This document shows positions 11,986 through 23,982 of a DNA stretch of 48,250 bases, one piece after another (the first letter of the stretch is position 1; each line of letters begins with the position of its first letter). A program made the translations under genes and the position numbers. The DNA lies in the NCBI GenBank assembly GCA_049999805.1, contig JBNGIO010005900.1, forward strand, positions 62,001-110,250. The letters run 5' to 3'. This DNA is from Folioceros fuciformis (lineage: Eukaryota). Under the pieces are notes generated by a model. That model saw nothing but the letters and a program-made list of their open reading frames with translations, was not told the DNA's origin and ran no database searches.

Positions 11986-12121
11986 GCGATGGTGAGCATA
12001 CGCGATGGTGAGCATACGCGATGGTGAGCATACGCGATGGTGAGCATAAGCGATGGTGAGCATAAGCGATGGTGAGCATAAGCGATGGTGAGCAATAAGC
12101 GATGTTGAACTTAAGCGATGG
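11980..12121 (+). repeat. 16-bp minisatellite GCATA(A/C)GCGATGGTGA, 7 full plus 2 degenerate copies
   Basis: Direct reading of the sequence; the first unit contains the NPF stop codon TAA (11983-11985). Confidence 0.95.
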
Positions 12122-12311
12122 CAAGAATGAACTGTATGACATGAGAGAGATTCATTGCAGTCACTGCTACAGACTGCTGCCAACCACATCCTTATTTATT
12201 TACACTTCCCACACCAATGAGAGCATAGGAAGTATGAGAGTACTCGGAAACTGTAAATCTTGGAAAACCAAGAAACAATTCCAATTCGCCTTCATATCTC
12301 CTCTGAAGTGG

Positions 12312-14056
12312 CTAGCGATTTGCTCCCTTCTGCGCGTCTTTCAGTCTTTCCTTGATAACAGCGATCCTTCCTGAGCTGGGAAGGTTGAGAGCTATTAGGG
12401 CGCGCCGGACGGCAGTGACATCCATTTCTTCAATCTGCTCGTCGGATAGAAAGCCAGTCAAGGATTTGGGGAGAGGTGGAGGAGCTGGCTCGGAGCCACC
12501 GAGCATTCGTGGCGGGGCTTGCCACGGTATTGTTTTCCTCGCCTGCAGCTCCACCACGAACACCATACACTTTGGCGTACGGTGTGAGATTACAGGTGGT
12601 GCACACCCGGAGAGCAGAAACAAGAGAGGGAGCAAGCATGCAGCACACACCTCTACCACAAGTGGCTCAAGCTCCTTGTAAGTAGGCCTGGTTGCCGTCT
12701 CTCCGATCAGCTCACTCGTCCCATCCCAAGCCATGAGGAAAACCTAGCATCCAGTAAGAAAGCGGAATCGTTACAGTGGACCGAGTTCTTGCGCTGCAGT
12801 GGAGTACACACACTTTGTGGACAAACCTTCCAGTTGTCGGGATAGCACTTCAGAAGGCGAACCACACCACCAGCGCCTGATATGACATTTGAGGCCTCCC
12901 CGATGCGGAGTTCTACCAGAGAGTATGTGACCGCAAATGTGTCAACAAACTCTTCCGCCTGTCTGCCAGCACAATGAGTATGACCACAAAACCGCCAAAG
13001 GAAAGGAAGACGTCAAGTTGGTGTGAATGACACCAAAGCCACACATGTGTAAGAGAAAGTCTAGGTACCTGCGCCATGGCCCAAACCCAAAGTCTGAGAC
13101 CACTTGGCCTGATGTACGCCATTGAGGGTTCACTATAAGCAGAGGCCTATTCTCGTCACTGCTTGCCAGAGACTTGATCTGCAAAACTCAACGACCACGC
13201 ACGGCCGAGGTCATGACATACACAGAAAATCACAAGTCACTAATCATGCAGAATGCCAAGTCACTTGCTCCAGTCACCTACCTTCTTCAAGATCTCGGCT
13301 ATGGGGAAGATGACGGCAGAGATGCTTTTATCACTGGGATACAAGAGCCCCACAGGATCCTGTTCATTTTCATTTTCTCCTATCTCCCTGGACAGAATTT
13401 CCACATTCGTGTCTGCCTGCAGGCCTGCCAGCTCCTTGAGGATAGCCGTGACCATTTTGTTGCAGGCAATAAACTCATTTCTGATGCTACAGGGGTAGTC
13501 CCTGAAAGCGAGAATGTCGCGAACCATGAGCACATTGGTGAACATATTGCTAGACGGGGCAGGCATTCAACCACGATTCCTCCTACCGTGGCTCGGTATC
13601 CAGATAATTGAATTGGCGCTGGTCGACAGGAAGCAGGAGCTGAAGCTGCTGCCGTTTCTTGCCGTCAGCCACTGCCCTTTGCACAGCACCTGCTGCCTAC
13701 TGTGACGACAACAGGGGAGATGGTGAAGCCATTCCATCAGCTCCTGCATGTGTTTGCAATGTGAGTCTCTGATGAGGTGATACCTGCGACACAGCCTCCT
13801 CCAGAGTTTCCGGATTCCTGACGGCACACCGAGCAGCCGCCTTGCTCCTGCTGCTGCGCTGGCTGCTGTTGCTGCCGATCCCAGGTTGGATAAGGCTCAC
13901 ATTGCTGCGGGCAGACCCCTTTCGCGACGTCCCACATCCCGCATTGACCCAGCGTCGATATGGGGTGGCTACAGCTGAGGACAACGATGCATTGGTCCGT
14001 GAGGACGGACCGTGATGGGGAAGTGCTACAGTCCAAGATGCTGGAGCTGCAGCCAT
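12312..14056 (-). CDS. DUF1995 (LPA3-like family) plastid protein with C-terminal SAP-like domain, 7 exons
   Basis: Exons 14056-13784, 13696-13587, 13501-13282, 13178-13069, 12962-12827, 12743-12651, 12542-12312. Transit-peptide-like N-terminus. DUF1995-type motifs PETLEEAVSQAAGAVQRAVADG, RPLLIVNPQW, SDFGFGPWRRQAEEFV, LLKCYPDNWKV, RPTYKELE. C-terminal IEEMDVTAVRRALIALNLPSSGRIAVIKERL resembles SAP. Confidence 0.82.
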
Positions 14057-14826
14057 CTGTTCCCAAAAGAGATGTGGCGCCCGTAATGTGCACTAGGACC
14101 TCAACAAGACACATGATCTGGGCTGAGTTGGTAGTGGGTACAACCGGACAGAGATCAACTAAACAATGCCAACTAAACAAACCCTCACTGGATTTAATGT
14201 GCAGTACTAGATGACATGAGCCGACGGTGAGCATCACTATCAACCCGATCAGCACATGATCATTCGACACAGATGCGCGTACAGTTGCTGCCTAGTAGTT
14301 TACGCCTCCCTTCAATGGTGACTGTCGAAACCTCAGACAAGCCCACCACTGGTACTGAACAAAGAAAGACAGCCTGCGCAGCTCCGGTGTAATTACCAAG
14401 GGTGCACAGCCAGAAAGTCCTTAATGCCAGCTTACTGGGACAACCGGGTGACATCTTCAGCAGGATATTCCGGGAACCAGAATCGCCCTTCCGAAGATAA
14501 GATAGCAGGGGACAGATTATCTGATTGGTTCCCCATGCTTGTCATAAAACACAAACGCTGGCTTAGAATCGAGACTTTCTCTTTCGCTAGTGTACTTAGC
14601 GCCAGAAGGAACGTCATGAAATCCTTTGTTCCGTCTATGCTCTTTCTTTCATAGAACCCAAGCACGGTCTCTTGCTTTACCTTCGACGTTAACTTTTTGG
14701 TCCGCACTCAGTCTTTGCCTCTTGATAGCCCTTAACTGTCATCAACCTGTCACATGGCGCTATTGGGTGCGTATTACGTACCCAATAGCAGCAGATGTCA
14801 AAATAGGGGAAGGTTCCTAAGGAGGG

Positions 14827-15273
14827 TGACAGGTACTGGATTCAATGCTTGATGTTTCTCCGTCTTCGACATTCATGGTCCGACGAGCATGGACACTCTC
14901 CTTCTTCCTAGGAGCACTCACACGTGGTCCACCGAGTATGAGCTATGTGCTCCCCAAGGCAAAGGGGAAGATGGTGGTAGCGACAGCCATGAGAGTAGGA
15001 GTGACAATCATGAGGGGGAGTGAGCAATGAAGCCAGTCCCTGTCATCCAAGTATAAACACAGTGCGGTGTTCCGTGCAAAGTTGCGGTGTCAAAGATAAA
15101 CGATGACAGGTACTGGCGGCATTGCTCACAGTTTCCCCCGAGTCATTGTCAATCCCACTCTCTTGTTTGTCACTACCCCCTTCTTCCACTTAGCCTCGGG
15201 GAGCACATGGCTCGTACCCACCATCTTCCCTTGACCTTGGGGAGCCCATACCTCACACTCGGTGGACCACATG
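14827..15273. mobile_element. MITE-like/fold-back repeat inserted in the BUD23 pseudogene
   Basis: 23-bp inverted termini at 14827-14849 (TGACAGGTACTGGATTCAATGCT) and 15023-15045 (20/23 match). In addition 14921-15047 is an imperfect reverse complement of 15102-15273. No clear target-site duplication seen. Confidence 0.55.
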
Positions 15274-15420
15274 CTAAGAAGCGGTAGTATTTCTTTGAAC
15301 GGGTACTGAAAAGGACAAGTGAACCAGGACCCACAGTGTGCTCTTGCAGCTGATGTGTCTAGTGTCCGAAGAAGGAAGGCTACGGGCGGGCTACGCACCT
15401 GTGCAAGAAATCCAGAACGA

Positions 15421-15586
15421 ACCGCCGCGAGAACCTCGCTATCACTGCTGCCATAGTGTTCATCTCCACCTATGCTGCATTCTCTGGATAAAGATGCATA
15501 ACCGCCGCGGGAATCTCGCTATCACTGCTGCCATAGTGTTCATCTCCACCTCTGCTGCATTCTCTGGATAGAGATGCAGAACCGCC
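15421..15586. repeat. 80-bp tandem duplication, 2 copies
   Basis: 15421-15500 and 15501-15580 are near-identical (ACCGCCGCG.GAA.CTCGCTATCACTGCTGCCATAGTGTTCATCTCCACC...). The duplication frameshifts the BUD23 exon. Confidence 0.95.
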
Positions 15587-18152
15587 TTAGAACCCCTGAC
15601 CAAGCAGTTGTACAGGGAAGCGAAGAAACCCTGGAATACAGCTGAAAGCGCGTTATGGACTGATGACTGTATGTTACCCAAGCAACAGCAACCAGCTGAG
15701 ATGCAAGGAGGGCATAACTTGAGTCGACGCTGAGGATTGTGGCAGGACTTGTCAGCAGTGCAAAGCCACTGATCACCCGCATACGAAGACACAAGCACGA
15801 ATTTAGGTTTCATGTCATCTCAAGTGAAAGCCCAACCTGCGCAGTTCCATAGAAAATACAAGGAATACATTAGGCCACCCTACTGCAGAGTGTAGAGAAA
15901 GCCAGCAGAAGTTATCTGCGCAGCAGATATGCTTACGGCACCATCCCGCAAAGTCAGTCCCTGCTTCTCCAGCATGTCAGCCATGAGTTCTCTGGCCTTG
16001 CACCCTGAACCTTGAAGCTCAACACCACGGGAGAAGAGAGAATAAAAGACAGCAAACCAGGCCTTTGTCGCCAAGAGCAACATCCCCCCTCCACCTCTCG
16101 TTCCGCCGCAATGTCTGCAGAATAAACACAGAAATCAATCTATGACCCGTTCAGCCCTCCATAAACCTCGTCCGTAGGACTGTGTGCGTGTTACCAACCC
16201 ACCATGGCTTGGGAGATGTGAAATCAAGTCCAATCCAATAATTCCCACTTTCTGTCAACATTTCTCCACTGAGACCTGGACCACATCCTACGCAGACCAC
16301 AACCACGAACCATGCAAATTGTAGGTGTAAGACGCTAAACCCAACGTCTCTAAACCCAGCACTGAAATCTCACCAATGTCCAGAAGTGCTCTACGTGTAC
16401 CGTGATCAAGCAACCCGAGTGTCTCCAGGCCCCTTCTACTCATCTTAGCCTGCAATATCGCCCGGAACAGAAACGGATAACCAAAACGCTCCCAACTCGA
16501 ACCCGAGACTGACGAAAACGACCGAAATCCACGCAAGCATGCCAGTCCAGACGGACTCCAAGACGACGACGGGCTGGGGCTTGTGCCGGGTTCGGAGCAC
16601 TCCCATTTCACGGTAGAGCTTTCAGATGTGATAACTTCATCCGTGCGAGTGGATTAGAGCGAGTGGGTGTAGTAGCATCGATGCCGCTCCAAATTATGTA
16701 GGAGCGATTATGTACGTGGGTCCCAAGATCCTGTAATTACGTGGAGTGTAGAGCGTGGAATATGAGTAGGTTCCTACCGCAGGGGATGGACCCGCCCGCA
16801 CTCCACATTCTCTACGCTATCTTGCATAAGGTCTACCTGAATCCTGCAACATACTGTATGTGGGCTGGTTTTGGGTAGACGGCGATATGATTGTGCGCAC
16901 CCACCAGCCTGGAGCTCTGGAAATGGAGGGGCCGGACCAGCAGCCTTCTCCCTCTCTTCATCGCAAACCAGTGTAGAGGGCTGCCAGGGACAGCGATTAC
17001 AGGATCCTGATCGAGACACGTCACCGGAACTTGCAACTGGGTCCAGCGACAGTTGTCAAGAAAGCAGCCAGGAGCATATTAAAGCAGTGCTGGCGTGTGG
17101 GCCGCCCTCCAGAGACCCCTGTCAGCGATCTTGTACAATGGTCCGCAGAAAATCCCGGTTCTCTCTCAAGGCCCGGGACCATCAAGCTGTGACCGAGGAG
17201 ACAACTCTGTTGGCGTTTGCTGGCGCTCGGGTCCGGGAATAAAGGCATGAGTCCATCCACCATACTCCGCTTTACTGCACAGACAAAACCACAGGTGAAT
17301 TTTCCTGCCACCTACGTTCACATCCATGCACCACAAACTTGCCATATCACTACTGCCACACACGAGACCAGACCAAACGTCATGAGTGCAACCCAACTCT
17401 GCACTTCCACACAGGCAACCCAACTATTTTTCACCAGAACTGGACCAGATAGCTAATTACTTTATCCGTTTGGGGTTCATATTTCGTGTTAGGCACTGGG
17501 CGAGCTCAGACACCGGTTAGGCAGGAAAACATGAAGTGCAGCAAATACATAAGTTGCAAACCTTGGTCGATGAGAGATTCTCTCTGTGCACATCAACATC
17601 ATCTTCAATCAATCCATCTTCTACACCCCTGCGATTAGCAAGGTAAGCAGACTTTCATTAACATCCTCAAGGCAAAACTTTGAAACCGCCAAACAAGATG
17701 CACTGACTCGTGCGCCACTTTGGAATCTCTCATGCGCACTCATTCTAGGAAGGCAAGAGCGTTCGTCACCAGAGACAGATGATCCCATTCTACACGGTCA
17801 GGTTAGTTCTCTGTCTGGTCCAGCCCAGCGGGGACAGCAGATTTGTCAAAAGTTCTGACTGCATAAGGGTCATCATGCACTATCCCAAACTCACAGTACC
17901 CAACAAGACGCCAGACAAGACATACATGCAGGCCACAAAATTGACCATCTCATTAAAAGGGTAAATTTCCACGGCCAACATCTGGGGAACTTGAAAACCA
18001 TGAATCCAGGAGCATAGAATGGCAAGGTGATTCTTAAAATAGTTAAAGGTGACACGAACCGGTCCGAGTCCACAAGCAGAATGTGACGCTCTCCGGAAAA
18101 GTTACAACTCCACCCGCATCGGGTTGTTTCACTGAACTCGTTAACCTCCTTG

Positions 18153-20722
18153 TTAATCTACTGCTATGCCACATCACTACAAAGGCCTCTACATACAGAC
18201 TTGTCAGTCACTGAGAAAGTTAATTTAATCCACCTACCTGAGGTTTGTTCCAGCAGACCCAGCAGACCAAAACGTGTTATTCTATCATTACCCAGCATAG
18301 CTACAAAGCACTTCCACATTTCACATACTAGTGACTTTGAAGAAAGGCACTCCATACCACCAAATATTGAGCGACTTACTCTAAAGAGACATCATCCTCA
18401 CTATCGCTGTAGAAGTATGCCGAGGAGCCTTTCTTTCTGTACACAATAATAGTGTGTTACAAACAGTACACCAACAGATGATGTTCCCTAAACGGCACCT
18501 GGGGACCAAACCAAGGAGGCGAGATGCAGTCCAAACTAGAAAACAGAAAGGCTCTACCTGAGAGTGGACGATGCGCTCAAGCTCTTACTTTCGGCAGACT
18601 CTCCAGAAACCTCCCTACGTTTTGAAGATGTTTGCTGGTTACTCATGTTGCTCAGCCTGCTAGCATTGTCTTCGGAGGCTGTGTCATCATCTGTTGTACA
18701 CATGGCCAAACATAAACAACCAGCGCTCCACACGGAAATATGAAGCAACTAGAGGGAAATTATCATAACTTACCGAGACCAATAGCATCAATCGCCGCCG
18801 TGTCCGAGGAAGCTGCAAATTTTGACTGACTGGAGCCGAACATCCAATCAAACAGTAAAACATCAAATTATCCACTTTACCAGAAGATCAAGCAACAAGA
18901 GAAAGTGACAACAAATGAGCAAACGCCATCATCTTATCCTGCAAGATTTTGACCTCGTCTTGGGATGTACCTAAGAATTAGAGGGCTGGTTGAAGGTTCT
19001 TTCCCAACTCGACCCCCTTCCGCAGTCTTCAGACCACTACGCTGATTGCCCTCATCACGCCGAACTACATCTTCTTTTTTCCCAACTGAAGGGGCTAGGC
19101 TATCCCTTGAAGCCACTGCGTGTACAAGACAACATAGCAACGATCACAGCATCGTTGTAGCACTTAGTTTCAGTAAATCCGGCCCAGACAAATGAAGACC
19201 AGTGGGAAATAATATCTCAAGGGAAGAGTGTCTACGTAGGTTACATACCTGAGGCACCAGACTCTGACGAGTTGGAACTGGCAATGGAGGAAGAGGTTCC
19301 TCTAGCTGTTCCAATAGGTGTGAGACTGCAATCAGTTTGCAGAGTCAGCAAGAAAAAGTCAACAAAACTTGCAAATTTGATGCCACGCCTAGCAAAGGGA
19401 TATGGGTTTACCCTCCAGGTCTTCGTAGAGGAGGAAGGTTCCCAAGCAGTGACGCAGGTGATCTCCCCGCAGCTTTGTCAGAGTCCTTAGTGGGCTCGTT
19501 GAAAGCAGCACTTTCAGCACCTCGATTTGCTGACCGCAGCAAGTTTGCGGCTTTAGAGCTTGATGGAGTTGCCACCTGCTGTGGGAAACCGATGAGCCAT
19601 ACAGCAAGCCTTAGGAATACTGTGCCTTAGTGCTTCAAACATCAATGAGAAGGTCACAAAGGCACACCCAGACTGAGCAGGAGACAATACAGGAGAAAAC
19701 GCAGGTGTACTGTTACATAATGTACGTAGACCAGTTCAAAAATGCTAGCTCTTTTACCCCAGTTTTTAAGAACGCCTCCAAAACTTCTAAGAGGAGAGGA
19801 CGAGAGTCGGAATCCTTGCTAGCGTCAGCCTCGTGCTTCAGTCCCAGTTTCTCTTCAAGCTCCGACCTTGAAAAGCCTTTGGACTGAAGGAAACACAGCT
19901 ACTTTGGTTACACATCTAAGGAAACTGAATGCACTGCAACCAGACCCTAGAGACGAAATCACATTCTGCACATCAAACGGTTCCAACAATTGGGAAAGAA
20001 AGCTTAAAGACTAAAGCGTCTACGAGAGGGAGACACGAAGGCAAAATACCAAATTGCATTCGGGTAGATATACTTTGGCTGTGTGATCCAGCTCACACCA
20101 TTCCAGGTACTCTAGGACGAGTGAACTCAGCAACTTGCCTGCATAGCATTGACGATCAACATAGACACGAATGCGAAATGCTACAAGCTTCTATTCAATT
20201 AAGACCACCACAAAAATCCTCTACAACATTGCTTCCATCTTCAGGGGAAGTAGATACGGCAGCAAGAAGCTACAGCATTTCCGCCTTTGAGAGCATAGGG
20301 TTATGAAGCCAGATTTGGTCGGGAGCTCAAGCGCAAAAACCTGTCGCAGAGTTGTGAAGCTTTTTGGCCCGTTCATTGCAGCCTCCCAGCAGCGCAAATG
20401 CTGCATCTTCACCTTCAGATGCCCTGTCCTGCTCCTCAATGGCCGCAAAGACATTTGCCCTCAATTCTGCCTGCATTTGCCAAGACAGCATGAACAACAA
20501 ACATCCCAACCACACTCCTGAAGAAAACAGGACTCCACGCCCTAGCTCCTTGCATCTGACACCGAGGAGATGCGCGAAGGGATATCCCGACTGAAACCAG
20601 AATACACATCAAGGCAAGGCGGGCAGAATGCGGACCCTGATGCGCGCAAGGACTCCCTTCTTTTCAAGAGTCTTGGTCACCAGGGACTTAAGGTCCATCA
20701 TCTCTCGCATGTAGTCGTCCAT
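18153..20722 (-). CDS. TON1: TONNEAU1 (TON1/FOP family, LisH), about 12 coding exons; 3' end tentative
   Basis: Exon 20722-20636 reads MDDYMREMMDLKSLVTKTLEKKGVLARIR; 20470-20341 AELRANVFAAIEEQDRA...LLGGCNERAKKLHNS; 20138-20050 KLLSSLVLEYLEWCELDHTAKVYLPECNL; 19883-19758 PLLLEVLEAFLK; then LGNLPPL. Later low-complexity exons splice in frame to ~18557, and the last exons are less certain. Confidence 0.92.
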
Positions 20723-21866
20723 ACCTCCCCGCCGGGGCCGCAAGCATGTGTGCTAGGAATAAACTAGAGCTCGCACTGAAGATCGGATCAGATCCCTCAC
20801 CAGCCCGTGAAGACCAGAGCTCGAGTTTTCTCACCCCCTTGGCGACTGCTTTCTGCTGCAACCTTCCAAGCACACAAACACGTTCCTATCACCACAAGCC
20901 TACACACCAGCAATATCAGGTTTTGGAAGACCTGTAGCATAGTGAAAACAGTTACCCTTGACGATCGTGTCGCGCATTTCAGCACAGGCAAAATTGTGTG
21001 AAGCTCAGACACCAAGCACTGGAAACGCATTTGAAGACAGGCACAGAGTTCGATTGCGTGATACGACACAACACTAAAGTTCAGACAGTGTCCCTCCCTC
21101 GACAAAGCACGAGATCTGGATCCTTGCGCGGGAGCAGGGCTGTTGCATTCAAACGCTGTTGGCGAATCATTCCTGCTTGCCCCCCTTGTTCGAAAACAGT
21201 CTACCTCACCGTCCGTAAGCGCCTGTTCGTTTCGTGTGCAGCGAATTACCGAAGTCTATAAATACCGTCTCTAACTTGGTATGTAAGTACGGACATTGCC
21301 TAGCTCTCCCTACGTAACCCCCAAGATACTTTGAAGACAAGACGCTTCCAACCATGAATTGTGAGAGCCTGGACCCGTTCGCAGTGCCCAGTTTGCTGTA
21401 ATCCGCGAAATGGCCTAGCTCACATTCTCGTCTCCGCCATTCAACCCTGTGGTCACCTCTGTGATCCAATCTACTTCTACTGCCATGCTAAGTATCGGGA
21501 GTCCAACAAAAACTGCTGAAACAGCCACCCGCGGGAAACCCTTGGAATTGCCCGGTGGTGCAAAATGTACATCGTTGGGGTTGTTCCACGGTGACATTCT
21601 GGAGGACCTCCAGCAGTCAGGTACTTTTGAATCAGTTTCACAGCTGCTCGTGCGTCCTCTACAATGGAAGTGGCAGAGTGGTTATTCGTTGAGACCAAAC
21701 TGCCATTTCGATTACGCAGACTCCCTCCTTCAGATGTGACCATGAACTTTCCTTGTCTGCCGCTGTCCGAACCCAGACATGAATTAACCCTGATTTTGCC
21801 CTATTAGACAAGCTGTCCAGGGTTGGGTTCTTCGAAGAGCACGCCAGCCTGGAGGAGCCCCAAGAG

Positions 21867-23982
21867 TCATTCGTTCTTGATCAATTTCACTGCTGCTTTG
21901 TCATCCTCTATGCAGGACGTTGCAGAGTTCTTCCTTGAGAGAAAATTGCCAGTCCAATCAAGCAGAGGACAGGGACCTTCTGACTTCTTCCGGGGCCTCC
22001 CACCAGCAGCACAATGTGGGCAGCTTCTCCCATGGGTGACAAACATGCAATGGAGATCAAACTTGAGATGGTTAGGAATTCGCTCGTTCAGATGTAGGTA
22101 TGTCCTTTCCCTGTCGGCATCTGGAGGGACCCAGCCAAGCATCTTAGAGATCCTGAAAACCTGCAGTTCGGATGACAAAAACGTTCCAGTTAGATCCGAG
22201 CGATAAGCAAAGCTTCGGCAGAACATGATCCACAACGCCCCCAAAAAGGCTTACATGGGTGTCGACAGGGAACTCGTCTCGCTGGAGATGGAACATCAAC
22301 ACACAGGCCACCGTCTTGGGTCCTACTCCCTTGAACCGGCCGAGCTCTGCCTTGATTGCTTCCTCGGACATATGACGGAGGTGCTCCAAGCATATCTTGC
22401 CACGTTCTTCCAGCAAAGTGGTGAGTATGGTTTGGATACGCTGTCCTTTGGTGGCGGCTAGACCCGCACACCTAATAGCATCGGCCACTGCAGCCGGTTC
22501 TGCTCGCTGAACCTGCACATGGTTCAGTCACGGGGTCGATCGGGGTGACCATTCCTGAGAAACACCTTGACAAACGAGCATCCAAGCCTTACCTCTTCCC
22601 ACGTAGGAAAAACTTTCTTCAGATTGTGAAAAGCTTTTGACGAGTTCGAATCAGTTGTGTTCTGCGACAGGATTGTTCCCACCAGGGAGTCCAGCACGGA
22701 CCGTTGAACACTGGGAATCCCAATAACGGCCTCGTCATTCAACACGCAGGAGAGAGCGAGCCTGTCTTCAGGAGAATACTCCAGTTTATCCACCGTCCAC
22801 GATCGCTCATCCACACCGCTGCACCCTGCCTCCGCGCTGCTGCCATCCACGACCCCGGACTGACCATCCTGCCAGGAATGACCCATCCCCATCAGCGGAA
22901 AGAGCAACCAACCGGCCACCAGCTTTGCAGGCAACAATGTCACGGTCACTCACAGAAAGGTAAGAAAGAGCCAGCACCGCACTGCCGTCAGTTCTGCAAT
23001 CGCTATTCGGCCCTGTTCCATCCCGAATGGCTGTGGGGGTAACCCGGCTCCGCCGCCGGTGCCGCTCAAACTCGGGAGGGGATCCGTGAATCCTGTACAA
23101 ACGCTCAGCCACTTCCCTGCATTCTTCCGCATAAGGACGGCAGTAATTCGGGTACGGCCCGTTGTAAACAGACACACCCGAAGCCTCCTCACCCGGCGGT
23201 GATGCTGCCAAGACAACTGAGCCAGCCACGGGTGCAACAGCAGCAGCTGCAGGCCGTGTTCTCGCGCGCCTGGAAGACGAGGAAGAATCCAGAACTTCTC
23301 CACCACCTACATCACGGGCAAACACCAGCTCCCTCGCAGCACGCACAAGCATCGGCTTCACATCCTCCGGCTCCCTCCCAGGACCCACAAGCACAGGCTT
23401 CACATACTCCACCTCCTCGGACCCCACAGCCTCCTCCTTCACAATCATCTCCCCGATCCTGGGCACCTTCCCCGGGCCATCCCGGCCTTCCTCGGACTCC
23501 GGCCCCGAGCTGGGCACGGACGTGAACCTCTTCCGCTTCCCCCCTGCCTCCACCCGCTGCAGGGACCCCTTCACCGGAGCCGGGACGCCAACGCCTGCTC
23601 TGCCATTGCCCGCATTCCGCAGCGTCCTCCTCCTAGTCCTGGGTCCCAGCTTGGGCTCGTCCTTCTCCTTGTCCTCCTCCACCACCTCCTGCTTCACAAT
23701 CCCCGGCAGCCCGCCCGCCACAGCATCGAAGTCCAGCTTCCGCTTGCTCCCCTGCTGCTTCTTCCCGACCGCGCGGCTCAATTGATACCGCTGTGCAGGC
23801 AGCACCATCTCCGAGCTCCCGCCTAGCTCCCATGCCGGCACCGTGGCCTCTTGGGGGCTGGGCGTGAGCGCGGTCACTGAGCTTCGAACTCCCCCCTCGC
23901 TCCTGGAGCCCAGCTTGAGCTTCGTGGGCGATGGCGCCAGGCGCACACTAAGCGCAGCAAGGCTCCTCCGCCCAGCCGCCAT
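21867..23982 (-). CDS. HhH-GPD family DNA glycosylase (endonuclease III-like, At3g47830-like) with long disordered N-terminus, 4 exons
   Basis: Exons 23982-22978, 22868-22593, 22512-22255, 22160-21867. Motifs SVLDSLVGTILSQNTTDSNS, DAIRCAGLA, HhH LGRFKGVGPKTVACVLMF, catalytic FPVDTHV, and THGRSCPHC. Confidence 0.92.

Larger units (their letters stand above)
14563..16449 (-). pseudogene. BUD23: Unprocessed pseudogene of 18S rRNA m7G methyltransferase BUD23/WBSCR22 (RID2-like)
   Basis: Collinear fragments: AKMSRRGLETLGLLDHGTRRALLDI|GCGPGLSGEMLTESGNYWIGLD, IAAEREVEG/DVALGDKG, GLTLRDGAVSISAAQ, QWLCTADKSCHNPQRRLK, GFFASLYNCLVRGSKAVLHLYPENAAE, DRAWVL*KKEHRRNKG..VPSGAKYTS/KRKSRF*. It carries a premature TGA (14649-14651), frameshifts and an 80-bp exonic duplication, and no first exon is recognisable. 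Confidence 0.85.

Noticed and set aside
11980-12121. Possible CRISPR-like array
   Set aside because: Contiguous 16-bp units with no unique spacers, no cas genes, eukaryotic context.
16774-17460. Overlapping short ORFs between the BUD23 pseudogene and TON1
   Set aside because: No recognisable motifs or consistent splice model.
1-23982. DNA-repair gene cluster (FANCI, SAP protein, glycosylase)
   Set aside because: Interspersed with unrelated genes; expected by chance in a compact genome.
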